The position numbers and the translations under genes are program-made. From an uncultured Candidatus Saccharibacteria bacterium (GTDB lineage Bacteria; Patescibacteriota; Minisyncoccia; Minisyncoccales; Staskawiczbacteraceae), in NCBI GenBank assembly GCA_964424305.1, contig CAYRHW010000003.1:4895-68894 (forward strand): 64,000 bases of DNA. Reading direction: 5' to 3'. The notes below the pieces were generated by a model. It was given only the letters and a program-made list of their open reading frames with translations. It was not told the origin of the DNA and did not search any database. Shown here piece after piece: positions 15,661 to 24,384 of this stretch. Position 1 is the first letter of the stretch. Every line of letters starts with the position of its first letter.

Positions 15661-17325
15661 TTAATTGGGGCGTCCTCCTCCCATATTAAGAATATTCGCA
15701 TTTGTTCCAGTTGTAGCTTTTTTGACTGTCCCTGTGGTTGTTTTTACAACCACCTGGTCTCCTTCTTTAACCCCGCTAATAATTTCTGTTTGATTATCAT
15801 CAGAGATGCCAACTTCAACTGTAACTTTATTGGGCGCTACGGCAGAAGCGACTGCTTGACCAATCTGGTTATCTGAAAACTTTTCTCCAAATACCTCAAC
15901 GTAATATGCACCTCCTTGAGATTTCACCGCGCTGTTTGATAATACCAACACGTTTTGCTTGCTATCTGTGATGATTGCGACAGAAACGCTCATTCCTGGC
16001 TTTATCCTGTCATCTTGAGTATCAAAATTAATTTTTACAATATACGAAACTACGCCCTGTGATACGGTTCCGACTGCGTCGATATATATAACCTTACCAG
16101 TAAGGGTAAGATCTGAAATTGCGTCAAACGTAATTGTTGTTTTCTGACCAATCTTTACTTTCGCCGCATCTATTTCGTTTAGTGATATTTCAGCGACAGC
16201 TTCTTTCGTAATAATTTTTGCTATAGCAGTCCCAGTTGAAACTGAATCCCCATTTTTTGAATTAACTGCAGAAATTATCCCATTGAATGGAGAGTAGACA
16301 AAACAATAGGAAAGATTTGTCTTTGCGTCATCAAGCGCTGTTTGTTTTGTCGTTACAAGGGCCTCCTGATCAGTAATCGTATAGTCAGTGTTAATAAGGC
16401 TTTCTTTATCTGCTTCCAGGGTATTTTTTATTGAAAGCAGTGAAGAAAAATAACTATTGGTTGTGTTTAAGTAGCTGTTTAAACTTGTTAAGTGAGTATT
16501 GGATGCTGCTTCGGGCGTTGTACCACGAACCGTGAGCTCATCTTGGTAAGATTGGATTAAATTTGTTGTATCTTTTATCGTTTGAGATATCTCTTCAACT
16601 GTGTCGTATGTTTGATCTATTAATGCCTCGATCGCCGAAGTACTCGAGGTTCTATTGGTTATTTTATAGTCGTTAAAGTTTTTTTCATAGGAAGTTCTAG
16701 CCAGTTGATAGCTATTGTAGGCATTATTTCTATATATAATATTGGTTTGAGTAGTATAGTAATCAATATTCCAAGAGCTTCTACTTAGCGTGTAATCAAA
16801 CAAAATACTTTGGAGGCCCGTCATTATGGTCGGAAGATTAATGAAAGCATTGGCTATTGTATTATAACCGCTAACATAATCGCTATTTAAGCTATCTTGG
16901 GCTTTTTCTTTAACACCCCTTAGCGTTCCCAAAGAAGTTTCAATCCCCTTCATCTTTTCTAGATCAAGGCTTGCTTGGTCCAGCGCCCTCTGCGCGTCAG
17001 TCACTGCCTGCTGAGCGTTTGAAGTATTAATTTTGGCTAACAATTGCCCCCTATAAACGGCTTGGCCCGCCACAATGGGAAGATATATTAAATCTCCGGA
17101 GATCTTAGGGCTGATGTTTAATTCGTTAGAAGCCGAAACTTGCCCACTACCAGTAACCGAGGAAACGATCGTTCCTTTTTCGACAATCCCTACCGTATAT
17201 CTGGTCTCTTGGCTGGTATTCGTTAGCGCCTTATACCCGTAGAAACCAACAATTAATACGACCAAAACAGCTGCTCCAGCAATGATTTTATGATTAACAA
17301 CAAATTTTCTAATTTTATTAAACAT
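15661..17325 (-). CDS. HlyD/MacA-family periplasmic adaptor with long coiled-coil insertion
   Basis: N-terminal TM. Lipoyl-like halves (GDLIYLPIVAGQAVYRGQLLAKI and SPFNGIISAVNSKNGDSV) flank a helical region of about 230 aa. Confidence 0.8.
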   Translation of the reverse strand: MFNKIRKFVVNHKIIAGAAVLVVLIVGFYGYKALTNTSQETRYTVGIVEKGTIVSSVTGSGQVSASNELNISPKISGDLIYLPIVAGQAVYRGQLLAKINTSNAQQAVTDAQRALDQASLDLEKMKGIETSLGTLRGVKEKAQDSLNSDYVSGYNTIANAFINLPTIMTGLQSILFDYTLSRSSWNIDYYTTQTNIIYRNNAYNSYQLARTSYEKNFNDYKITNRTSSTSAIEALIDQTYDTVEEISQTIKDTTNLIQSYQDELTVRGTTPEAASNTHLTSLNSYLNTTNSYFSSLLSIKNTLEADKESLINTDYTITDQEALVTTKQTALDDAKTNLSYCFVYSPFNGIISAVNSKNGDSVSTGTAIAKIITKEAVAEISLNEIDAAKVKIGQKTTITFDAISDLTLTGKVIYIDAVGTVSQGVVSYIVKINFDTQDDRIKPGMSVSVAIITDSKQNVLVLSNSAVKSQGGAYYVEVFGEKFSDNQIGQAVASAVAPNKVTVEVGISDDNQTEIISGVKEGDQVVVKTTTGTVKKATTGTNANILNMGGGRPN

Positions 17326-17330
17326 GTTAT

Positions 17331-17846
17331 TTATATTTTTAAATTTTGCCTTAAACCACCGGGCATTATGCGATCGTTTGGATTAAAAGATGCCTCTAGT
17401 GGGGGTGGCATTAATCTGATCAGTTTTGCCTCTATCTGTCCGGCATCATTAGGATTTCCAATTATTACAACGTTATCATCCACCTTGAGATCGCTTAACT
17501 TCAGAGTATCTCTAAAGCGGACAATGGTTGTGTCGTCTTTGATTAAAACTACTTTTTCTATATTCTTAGCATCTTTAACAACTAAAGTTTGGCCATCTAT
17601 TTTTATTATTTGGCCAAATGCTCCGTTCCCTTCAATAAAATCCGGTCCCATTAATTCATTAAAAAACCCTTGTCTTGGACCAGCAAAATTATTATGGTAA
17701 TTCTCGCCCCACCTGAAGGCGAAATCAGCTCTTCGAGACCCAATGAATATTCCCAACTTAAGAATGAAAAGAATAGAAGCCAGGAGCACTATCCCAATTA
17801 TTATTCCCTTAAATAATCTTGATTCAAAAAATTTATTTATATCCAT
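17331..17846 (-). CDS. Membrane-anchored beta-rich protein (paralog of the 13325-13729 domain)
   Basis: N-terminal TM. GQIIKIDGQTLVVKD...DDTTIVRF...LKVDDNVVIIGNPNDAGQIEAKLIRLMP follows the same pattern as the 134-aa protein. Confidence 0.5.
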   Translation of the reverse strand: MDINKFFESRLFKGIIIGIVLLASILFILKLGIFIGSRRADFAFRWGENYHNNFAGPRQGFFNELMGPDFIEGNGAFGQIIKIDGQTLVVKDAKNIEKVVLIKDDTTIVRFRDTLKLSDLKVDDNVVIIGNPNDAGQIEAKLIRLMPPPLEASFNPNDRIMPGGLRQNLKI

Positions 17847-17854
17847 AATTATTA

Positions 17855-18283
17855 CTAATTAATTGCCAGAGCAGTTCTAATGTTTTTTGTTAAATATTTA
17901 GCAGATTCAAATAGTATAAACAAAACCACAAAGAATATGATAAGGCTCATTATTGGCAAGGCCTCTAATAAAGCTAAAGTAAAGTTTTGCCAATGGGTGG
18001 CTACAACGGAAAAGTCGGAGAACATCAGAGAAACAAATTGGAAAAAACCAGATTGCAAAAATTCTATTTTTACTGCTCGATATGCAGGCCAAAATGCAGC
18101 TAAAGATCCCAAAAGCCCCACAGAAAATATAAAAATCCTGTTTCTAATAGTTAAAAGCCGCCTTTCTTTATGAATGCGGGTAATGATCTTCTCGTATAAA
18201 CCATTTGGTGGCTCTATGTTATTACGACTTTTGATCATGTTGATATACTCTTTAATACGAAAAGAAGATGCATTCGGGTGCAT
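17855..18283 (-). CDS. Possible anti-sigma-factor-like membrane protein (start uncertain; alternative ATG at 18238)
   Basis: Lies immediately downstream of the ECF sigma gene. It has a short cytoplasmic N-terminus and 3 hydrophobic spans. The call rests on position only. Confidence 0.35.
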   Translation of the reverse strand: MHPNASSFRIKEYINMIKSRNNIEPPNGLYEKIITRIHKERRLLTIRNRIFIFSVGLLGSLAAFWPAYRAVKIEFLQSGFFQFVSLMFSDFSVVATHWQNFTLALLEALPIMSLIIFFVVLFILFESAKYLTKNIRTALAIN

Positions 18284-18305
18284 CTTCTTGAATACTCTTC
18301 ATATT

Positions 18306-18851
18306 TTATCTTCTAAATTTTTTCCTAAGGGACGAAACTGCCCTCCGGTATCTACTTTTTATGGTATTGACTGGTTCTCCCAATAACTTAGCTATTTCAG
18401 AAAAATTAAAACTATTATATCTATAGGAAAATATTGCACGATCCCTTAAAGACAACGCATCTATTACATTGTTCAATAATCCCCTATCATCAATGTTCTC
18501 TGAAGGATGAACCGCTGAACCGGCTAGCCCCTCTAAAAGCAGGTTCTTTCCATCACTATTCTCAAAACGCGAGAATGAAACTAATTTTTTCTTCCTTGAG
18601 AAATCAATTATGGTATTTTTAGCAATCTGAAAAATCCATGGTTTAAAGTTTTTTTCTCGATCAAATTTCTTAATATTTTTCCAAACCTTCAAAAAAGTTT
18701 CCTGTGTTATATCTTCCGCATCGGCAGAATTTCCGATATTGCGGTAGACATAATTATAAATATGTTTTAAATACTTTTTTATTAAAAATTCGAGAGAGTC
18801 ATCATTCCCGGACAAATAATTTGTTATAAGCTGTTTATCTGATAAATCCAT
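18306..18851 (-). CDS. ECF-type RNA polymerase sigma factor (start re-called to Met52 of the track ORF)
   Basis: Region 2 (AEDITQETFLKVWKNIKKF) and region 4 (FSEIAKLLGEPVNTIKSRYRRAV). The track ORF's first 51 codons overlap tRNA-Asp, so the start is the ATG at 18851. Confidence 0.85.
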   Translation of the reverse strand: MDLSDKQLITNYLSGNDDSLEFLIKKYLKHIYNYVYRNIGNSADAEDITQETFLKVWKNIKKFDREKNFKPWIFQIAKNTIIDFSRKKKLVSFSRFENSDGKNLLLEGLAGSAVHPSENIDDRGLLNNVIDALSLRDRAIFSYRYNSFNFSEIAKLLGEPVNTIKSRYRRAVSSLRKKFRR

Positions 18852-18919
18852 ATTTCTTACTCTACCAAAAAACCACCCCAATTGAAAGGTGACCTTTAAT
18901 AATAATTGATACAACTTGA

Positions 18920-18997
18920 TGGCGCGGGTGACGGGATTTGAACCCGTGATCTGATCCGTGACAGGGATCCGAGGACTCCAGACTCCTCCACACCCGC
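18920..18997 (-). tRNA. tRNA-Asp (anticodon GTC), CCA encoded
   Basis: Hand-folded cloverleaf: acceptor GCGGGTG/CACCCGC, D stem GAGG/CCTC, anticodon arm GATCC-CTGTCAC-GGATC, T arm ACGGG-TTCAAAT-CCCGT, then GCCA. Confidence 0.9.
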
Positions 18998-19008
18998 ATA
19001 ACAATAAA

Positions 19009-19680
19009 TTAACTTATTTTAAAATATTTTTCAAATATTTTCTTCTTTCTATTAAGAAACAACCCACCCTCTAGGTTTCTATACATAAACCTATACAACT
19101 TTAAACTATCCTTTACTGAAAAATTTAGTCTGTATCCCCTACTATTATAATTTAATGCACCTCCGCTTATATTGGCCGACTCTTTAAGCCTAGTATGCAA
19201 ATTACCCAAAATTTTCTTACTCCCTGACACAAAACCAGAGATAATAACAAAACTTTTCCTATTATTTCTGTCAGCTCTTATATATTTACAAATCGTGACA
19301 CTACCATCCCCATCAAAGTATCCCCTTGTAAAATGCGACAAATATTGATTGGGTATCTTTGGCAGATTAACTATTTTACTCTTAGCTGGCGTTAAACCTA
19401 GCCCCATTAAATCGTAAAACATTTCTTTACTACCAATTTGTAAACGATATGCTGTTTTACACGGGAACTTTCTTTCCCTAACTGATATCTTATGGTTTGA
19501 GCATATAATCCTCCTAATTTTATATAATAAACCTTTGTCTGTTATCTCAATTTCTATAAAATGGGCTCCTCTTTCGTTCTTAGTCATACTCCCGTCGGCA
19601 GTAAAGAACCCTAACACATATGCCATCTCCGACGACCATTTTTTAAAAAAATCCTTGTTTTTTGTTTTAAAAATCGGCAT
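19009..19680 (-). CDS. LAGLIDADG homing endonuclease (two-motif, single-chain)
   Basis: Two LAGLIDADG motifs, YVLGFFTADGS and FTRGYFDGDGSV. The ORF fills the spacer between tRNA(CAT) and tRNA-Asp, with gaps of 2 nt and 11 nt. Confidence 0.85.
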   Translation of the reverse strand: MPIFKTKNKDFFKKWSSEMAYVLGFFTADGSMTKNERGAHFIEIEITDKGLLYKIRRIICSNHKISVRERKFPCKTAYRLQIGSKEMFYDLMGLGLTPAKSKIVNLPKIPNQYLSHFTRGYFDGDGSVTICKYIRADRNNRKSFVIISGFVSGSKKILGNLHTRLKESANISGGALNYNSRGYRLNFSVKDSLKLYRFMYRNLEGGLFLNRKKKIFEKYFKIS

Positions 19681-19682
19681 AG

Positions 19683-19755
19683 TGCCGGCGACAGGGATCG
19701 GACCTGTGACCTTGCGCTTATGAAACGCATGCTACTACCACTGAGCTACGCCGGC
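19683..19755 (-). tRNA. tRNA with CAT anticodon (elongator Met or Ile2 type), no encoded CCA
   Basis: Acceptor GCCGGCG/CGCCGGC, anticodon arm TGCGT-TTCATAA-GCGCA, T arm ACAGG-TCCGATC-CCTGT. Position 55 is C, which is unusual. Confidence 0.75.
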
Positions 19756-19762
19756 TTACTTG

Positions 19763-19833
19763 TTGCGCCGCCCCGAATTGCACGGGGGCCCACAGCTTAT
19801 GAGACTGTTGAGGTACTACTCCTCCACGGCGCT
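19763..19833 (-). tRNA. Atypical tRNA-like gene with CAT anticodon (possible initiator-like or degenerate tRNA)
   Basis: Acceptor AGCGCCG/CGGCGCA (A1 opposite A72), D stem GAGG/CCTC, anticodon arm ACAGT-CTCATAA-GCTGT, T arm CCCCG-TGCAATT-CGGGG with a non-canonical loop. Confidence 0.5.
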
Positions 19834-19873
19834 ATGCAGATTCTAACATAAAAATAGCAGGCAATCAAGTGTG

Positions 19874-20203
19874 CTATCTTATATCTCCATCTCCATTTAT
19901 TGTATTTCTATATAGGCGTGATGCTAATTTCTGAATATTGGCTTGGGCGATTTCATCTATGCTTAAATCTAGGCGGGTTGAAATCTCTGCTACGTACCAA
20001 AGAATATCTCCCAATTCATTTATAATCTCTGCTTTTCTTAAATCAGTTACTACGCCCTTGTCATCCCTAAAAATCTTCTTTATCTTATTCGTTAATTCTC
20101 CTGCCTCCCCCGCCAAGCCTAAAACAGGATAAATATATTCTGTGCCTATTTGAACAGTCTGGGCTGTTCGATGCGCTAACTTTTGGTATTCTTTAAAATC
20201 CAT
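19874..20203 (-). CDS. MazG-like all-alpha NTP pyrophosphohydrolase (second copy)
   Basis: LGLAGEAGELTNKIKKIFRDD...ELGDILWYVAEI is the MazG/YpjD-type helix pair. Confidence 0.75.
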   Translation of the reverse strand: MDFKEYQKLAHRTAQTVQIGTEYIYPVLGLAGEAGELTNKIKKIFRDDKGVVTDLRKAEIINELGDILWYVAEISTRLDLSIDEIAQANIQKLASRLYRNTINGDGDIR

Positions 20204-20207
20204 GTGT

Positions 20208-22013
20208 TTATTGTCTACTTTTAAATATTTCTAAAAATGCTTTGTGAGAAACCTCCACCCTCCCTTTTTCTTTTAACAACTTTTTGCCTTTCTTTTGCTT
20301 CTCAAGTAGCTTTCTCTTTCTAGTTACATCTCCACCGTACAAGTAACCCGTGACATCTTTTGCCCGTGCCTTGATTGTTTCTCGAGCCATAACCTTACCA
20401 CCAACCACTGCTTGTAAAGCAACCGAAAATTGCTCTGGTGGCAAAATCTCTTTTAGTTTCTCTACTAAAAACTTACCTTCGCCGTAGGCTTCGTTTTCTG
20501 AAACAATTTTTGAAAAAGCTTCCTCTGCTCTTCCGGCTATCCAAATTTCCATTTTCACCAATTTCCCAACCTTAAACCCGAGAACCTTATAGCTCATTGA
20601 AGCATAACCTTGGCTGATACTTTTCACTTTATCGTATAGATCAGTAACAATACTTCTCAGAGGAACCTCGTACGACAATATCGCCCTTTCTACACCGAAG
20701 TATTGCGTATCTACATATTTCCCATCGAGGCTCTTCAACACCTCCATTATTTTACTTAAATACAAAGTAGGTGAAACAATCTCTAAAAGAACTATTGGCT
20801 CTTCTGTGCTTCTAATATATGAAACGTCTGGCCAATCAGTGGCAGAATAAATCAATTCCTCCTTCCCTTTCTGATTTATTATTTTGTAAACCACGGAAGG
20901 TGTCGAAATAACTAGGTCTAACCCAAATTCTCTTCTTAATCTTTCGGAAACTATTTCAACATGTAGGGTCCCCAAAAATCCGCACCTGTATCCCCTGCCC
21001 AAAGCCTCTTTTGTTTCCGGATCATAGGTGAAAGACGGATCACTTAACTTTAATTTTCCTAATGCATCTTTAAGTAAATCGAAATCCCCTGCATCCTGTG
21101 GGTAGAAGCTAGCAAAAACCATTGGTTTCGGCTCTTGATAGTCGTGTAAAGGGCTGATCGCCCCACCCTGGAGTTTAAACTGGGAACTTAAGATAATGGT
21201 ATCCCCCACCCTTACCTTCCCCGGCTCCTTAATACCCGTGGCAATGTATCCAATCTCTCCAGCTACAATTTTGTTCTGAGCAACTGGGCCTGGCATGAAA
21301 TATCCAATCTCTTTTGTTTCTGCCTCTGTGTTGGTTGCCATTAGTCTTATCTTTTCTCCCATATTAATTTCTCCATCGACAACGCGGATGAAAGCGATTA
21401 CTCCTTTATAGACATCGTAGTCTGAATCAAATATTAAAGCCCTAAAGGGCTTATTCTCCTTTATCTCTGGCGGAGGAATCTCTTTGATTATCGCATCTAA
21501 CAATTGTTCGACATTGGTTCCAACCTTTCCCGATACTTTTAAAATACTATCCGGATCAACAGTTAAGAGATTAGCCACTTCTAAAACGCACTCTTCTATT
21601 CTTGCGTCTGGTGAATCTATCTTGTTTATCGCGGGAATAATAACTAGATTCTGCTTATTGGCTAGATCTAAATTAGCTAAAGTTTGAGCCTGTACTCCTT
21701 GGGTCGCATCTATTAGCAAAACTACTCCTTCAGCGGCAGCAAGGGCCCTTGAAACTTCGTAAGAAAAATCCACATGGCCAGGAGTATCTACTAAATTCAA
21801 GACGTAATCTTGTCCATCAGCAGAATAATCCATCCTTACTGGTTTTAGTTTTATGGTAATTCCCTTTTCTCTCTCCAAATCCATCCTATCTAAAAACTGA
21901 GGCTTCATTTTATCGTGTTTTACGGTTCCAGTCATTTCTAAAAATCTATCTGCTAGGGTAGATTTTCCATGGTCAATGTGACTTATTATACAAAAATTTC
22001 TAATGTTTTGCAT
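20208..22013 (-). CDS. lepA: Elongation factor 4 (LepA)
   Basis: IRNFCIISHIDHGKSTLADR and DTPGHVDF GTPase motifs, LepA-length protein with a LepA-style C-terminal domain. Confidence 0.95.
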   Translation of the reverse strand: MQNIRNFCIISHIDHGKSTLADRFLEMTGTVKHDKMKPQFLDRMDLEREKGITIKLKPVRMDYSADGQDYVLNLVDTPGHVDFSYEVSRALAAAEGVVLLIDATQGVQAQTLANLDLANKQNLVIIPAINKIDSPDARIEECVLEVANLLTVDPDSILKVSGKVGTNVEQLLDAIIKEIPPPEIKENKPFRALIFDSDYDVYKGVIAFIRVVDGEINMGEKIRLMATNTEAETKEIGYFMPGPVAQNKIVAGEIGYIATGIKEPGKVRVGDTIILSSQFKLQGGAISPLHDYQEPKPMVFASFYPQDAGDFDLLKDALGKLKLSDPSFTYDPETKEALGRGYRCGFLGTLHVEIVSERLRREFGLDLVISTPSVVYKIINQKGKEELIYSATDWPDVSYIRSTEEPIVLLEIVSPTLYLSKIMEVLKSLDGKYVDTQYFGVERAILSYEVPLRSIVTDLYDKVKSISQGYASMSYKVLGFKVGKLVKMEIWIAGRAEEAFSKIVSENEAYGEGKFLVEKLKEILPPEQFSVALQAVVGGKVMARETIKARAKDVTGYLYGGDVTRKRKLLEKQKKGKKLLKEKGRVEVSHKAFLEIFKSRQ

Positions 22014-22014
22014 T

Positions 22015-23679
22015 TTAGTTCTTCTTTCCGTTTAATAGTCCGAATCTTGCCAGAACAAAAGACTTTAAAGATTTTACTTCGGCTGACCCAAGCATGTGAG
22101 CAGTAAACAGATAAAATCCAAAGCCCAATCCACCAGCCAAAGCAGCCTGTAGTAAAATAGTTATAAATGTTTTACCACCCATAAATCCCCCCGAAATCTG
22201 ACGAATGAAATATGTGAAAAAGAGGGTCAAAAATGTTGCCCCTATAACCTTCGAAACAGACGATAATATTTCATCTGAATGGAAGTCTCCAATTTTTCTC
22301 TTTAATAGAATAAGCAACAAAATCATCTGCAACATGACATCCAAAGATAGCGCCAATGGCAAACCAACAACGGGTAAGTTCTGCATCCCATCTATTTTCA
22401 GAGCAGAAGCAACGAAAACTGAAAACACATTAGAAAAACTTAAAAGCCCGACAAACACATAGGCGAACAGAGCCGTGGTCCCGACGCTCAAAATGCTAAC
22501 AAGGGCGGGAATCCGCGTATTGTGGATTGAGTAAAAGGCTTTAACAATTAGATAATTCAATCCTTGGGCGAACAACCCTATCATAAATATTCCGAAACAG
22601 GCGGCAGTGAGTTTTGTGGCTGACCAATCAAACTTACCCGATCCAAAAACAATTCTGACCAAATGGGCCCTTAGAATAAAGGCTATGGCGCTTATTGGAA
22701 TTATTAAAAAAAGTACCTGTCTAAAAACAGAAGAAAACTTAGCCACCATCTCCTTCTTCTCTCCCCTTGAATAAGCCAAAGACAACGCAGGAAAAACAGC
22801 CGTAGCGAATGGGATAGCAACCAGACCGATTATCGGCAGAGATAAATCATTAGCAAAACTCAAAACAGTTACACTGCCAGCAACTAGAGTAGAACCGATG
22901 ATGGTGACCACAACTAAATTAATCTGTGTAGCAGCTAATCCGATTGCCCTTGGTATGGTTAACTTTATTGTTTGAATAAAGTTCTGGTCTTTAAAATTGA
23001 ACACTTTTCTCAGCTTAAAACCCACCTTAAACAGCGAGGGAAGTTGGACCAAAAGGTGCATTACGGCCCCTAAAACAATGCCCCAGGCTAGGCCTGCAAT
23101 GCCCATTTTAGGGACAAAAAAGACAATCCCGACAATACTCCCCAGATTGTAGAATATGGGGGCCAGGGAGGTAATTAGAAACCTTTGAAAAACTCTCAAT
23201 ACAGCGGAAATAATGTTACTAATGCCCAATAATATTGGACTTAAAAACATTATCCTTGTTAGAAGGATCGCTATCTCTCTCTTCTCCACTGAGAAACCCG
23301 GGGCAATCAAAGATAACAGTTGGGGGGTGAAGACAAATAGGACGGAACAGATAACGATTAAACCCGCCAGAGAAATGTTTAGCAGATTAGAAAGATACAG
23401 AAAAGCTTGTTCCTTGCTTTTTATTAAACTCTTAGTAAATAACGGAATGACGGCAACCCCGATGGCCCCAGTCATTAAAACCATGGCGATAAAATCTGGG
23501 ACACGAAAAGCTACATAATATACATCCAACTCGTTCCCTGCGCCGAACCTCCCTGCCAATAAATGATCTCTTAACAAGCCCAGTAGAAAACTTAAGAATG
23601 AGAACACAGACAAAATCAAAGCAGCTATACTTACGCTGCGTGTTTCGTGGTTAGATATTCCTTTTAGAAAATTTTTCAC
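22015..23679 (-). CDS. murJ: Lipid II flippase MurJ/MviN
   Basis: 554 aa with about 14 TM. N-terminal LLGLLRDHLLAGRFGAGNELDVYYVAFRVPD is the MurJ signature region. Confidence 0.85.
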   Translation of the reverse strand: MKNFLKGISNHETRSVSIAALILSVFSFLSFLLGLLRDHLLAGRFGAGNELDVYYVAFRVPDFIAMVLMTGAIGVAVIPLFTKSLIKSKEQAFLYLSNLLNISLAGLIVICSVLFVFTPQLLSLIAPGFSVEKREIAILLTRIMFLSPILLGISNIISAVLRVFQRFLITSLAPIFYNLGSIVGIVFFVPKMGIAGLAWGIVLGAVMHLLVQLPSLFKVGFKLRKVFNFKDQNFIQTIKLTIPRAIGLAATQINLVVVTIIGSTLVAGSVTVLSFANDLSLPIIGLVAIPFATAVFPALSLAYSRGEKKEMVAKFSSVFRQVLFLIIPISAIAFILRAHLVRIVFGSGKFDWSATKLTAACFGIFMIGLFAQGLNYLIVKAFYSIHNTRIPALVSILSVGTTALFAYVFVGLLSFSNVFSVFVASALKIDGMQNLPVVGLPLALSLDVMLQMILLLILLKRKIGDFHSDEILSSVSKVIGATFLTLFFTYFIRQISGGFMGGKTFITILLQAALAGGLGFGFYLFTAHMLGSAEVKSLKSFVLARFGLLNGKKN

Positions 23680-23683
23680 AAAT

Positions 23684-24376
23684 TTAATTACCAGGTCGAA
23701 TTAATATTATTGGTGTTTGCTCATCTGACTGACCAGCTGGATTATCCTTTAAGATACTGACCAACATCTTCTCTTTCCCTTTTAAATCTGCGCTTGACCC
23801 CAGTACATTTCCCCCCAAATCATTCACATCAGCGACGAAAAATGAAAGATTGAATTTCTCTCCAAGTCTATCACATAGAGAATCGCAGTCAACCGGACCC
23901 AAAATCCCCATATCTTCATAAACGGGATATGCTTTCCCATAAAACCCGTCTATCTCGTTTATCTGATTACCGGCCACCCTATAAAAGGTGCCAGCCACCC
24001 CAAATGTTTTTGCGAACACGCTGCAAAATCCGGCAAACAATATTCTCGGCAAACCTGCCAAGTTAATGGCTAACTGCATTTTTAAAGGATTCCCAACAGA
24101 AAATCCATAGGGTGTTTTTTTAGCAAACTTAGATAAGAGCTTGGCCCAAAAACCAACCTTAATATCTTTTCTGTAAACGATCCTTTTCTGGATAATAGAA
24201 ACTATCTTTTGCCCCAGGGCAACAATGTCCCCTCTTTGGGACATTGGTAAAACATACCTTTCTATTACATCCACAAAGTTATCATCTACTCCAATAAAAT
24301 GGGTTTTTATTGGATAACGATTCCAATTCTTCCCATCGGCCTTAATTATTAATTGTTTGTTGGCGTTGGCTTCCAT
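23684..24376 (-). CDS. CofE-like (F420-0:gamma-glutamyl ligase family) protein
   Basis: The pattern RGDIVALGQKIVSIIQKRI and overall length resemble the CofE fold family. By-eye assignment only. Confidence 0.45.
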   Translation of the reverse strand: MEANANKQLIIKADGKNWNRYPIKTHFIGVDDNFVDVIERYVLPMSQRGDIVALGQKIVSIIQKRIVYRKDIKVGFWAKLLSKFAKKTPYGFSVGNPLKMQLAINLAGLPRILFAGFCSVFAKTFGVAGTFYRVAGNQINEIDGFYGKAYPVYEDMGILGPVDCDSLCDRLGEKFNLSFFVADVNDLGGNVLGSSADLKGKEKMLVSILKDNPAGQSDEQTPIILIRPGN

Positions 24377-24384
24377 ATATTTTA

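Noticed and set aside
18852-19004. N-terminal 51 codons of the track ORF 18306-19004 (sigma factor)
   Set aside because: This stretch is the complement-frame read-through of tRNA-Asp (18920-18997). The sigma-factor homology begins at the internal Met (ATG at 18851).
19009-19680. Group I intron or intein context for the LAGLIDADG ORF
   Set aside because: Both flanking tRNAs are complete, and only 2 nt and 11 nt separate them from the ORF. No ribozyme core or host-protein extein frame can fit.
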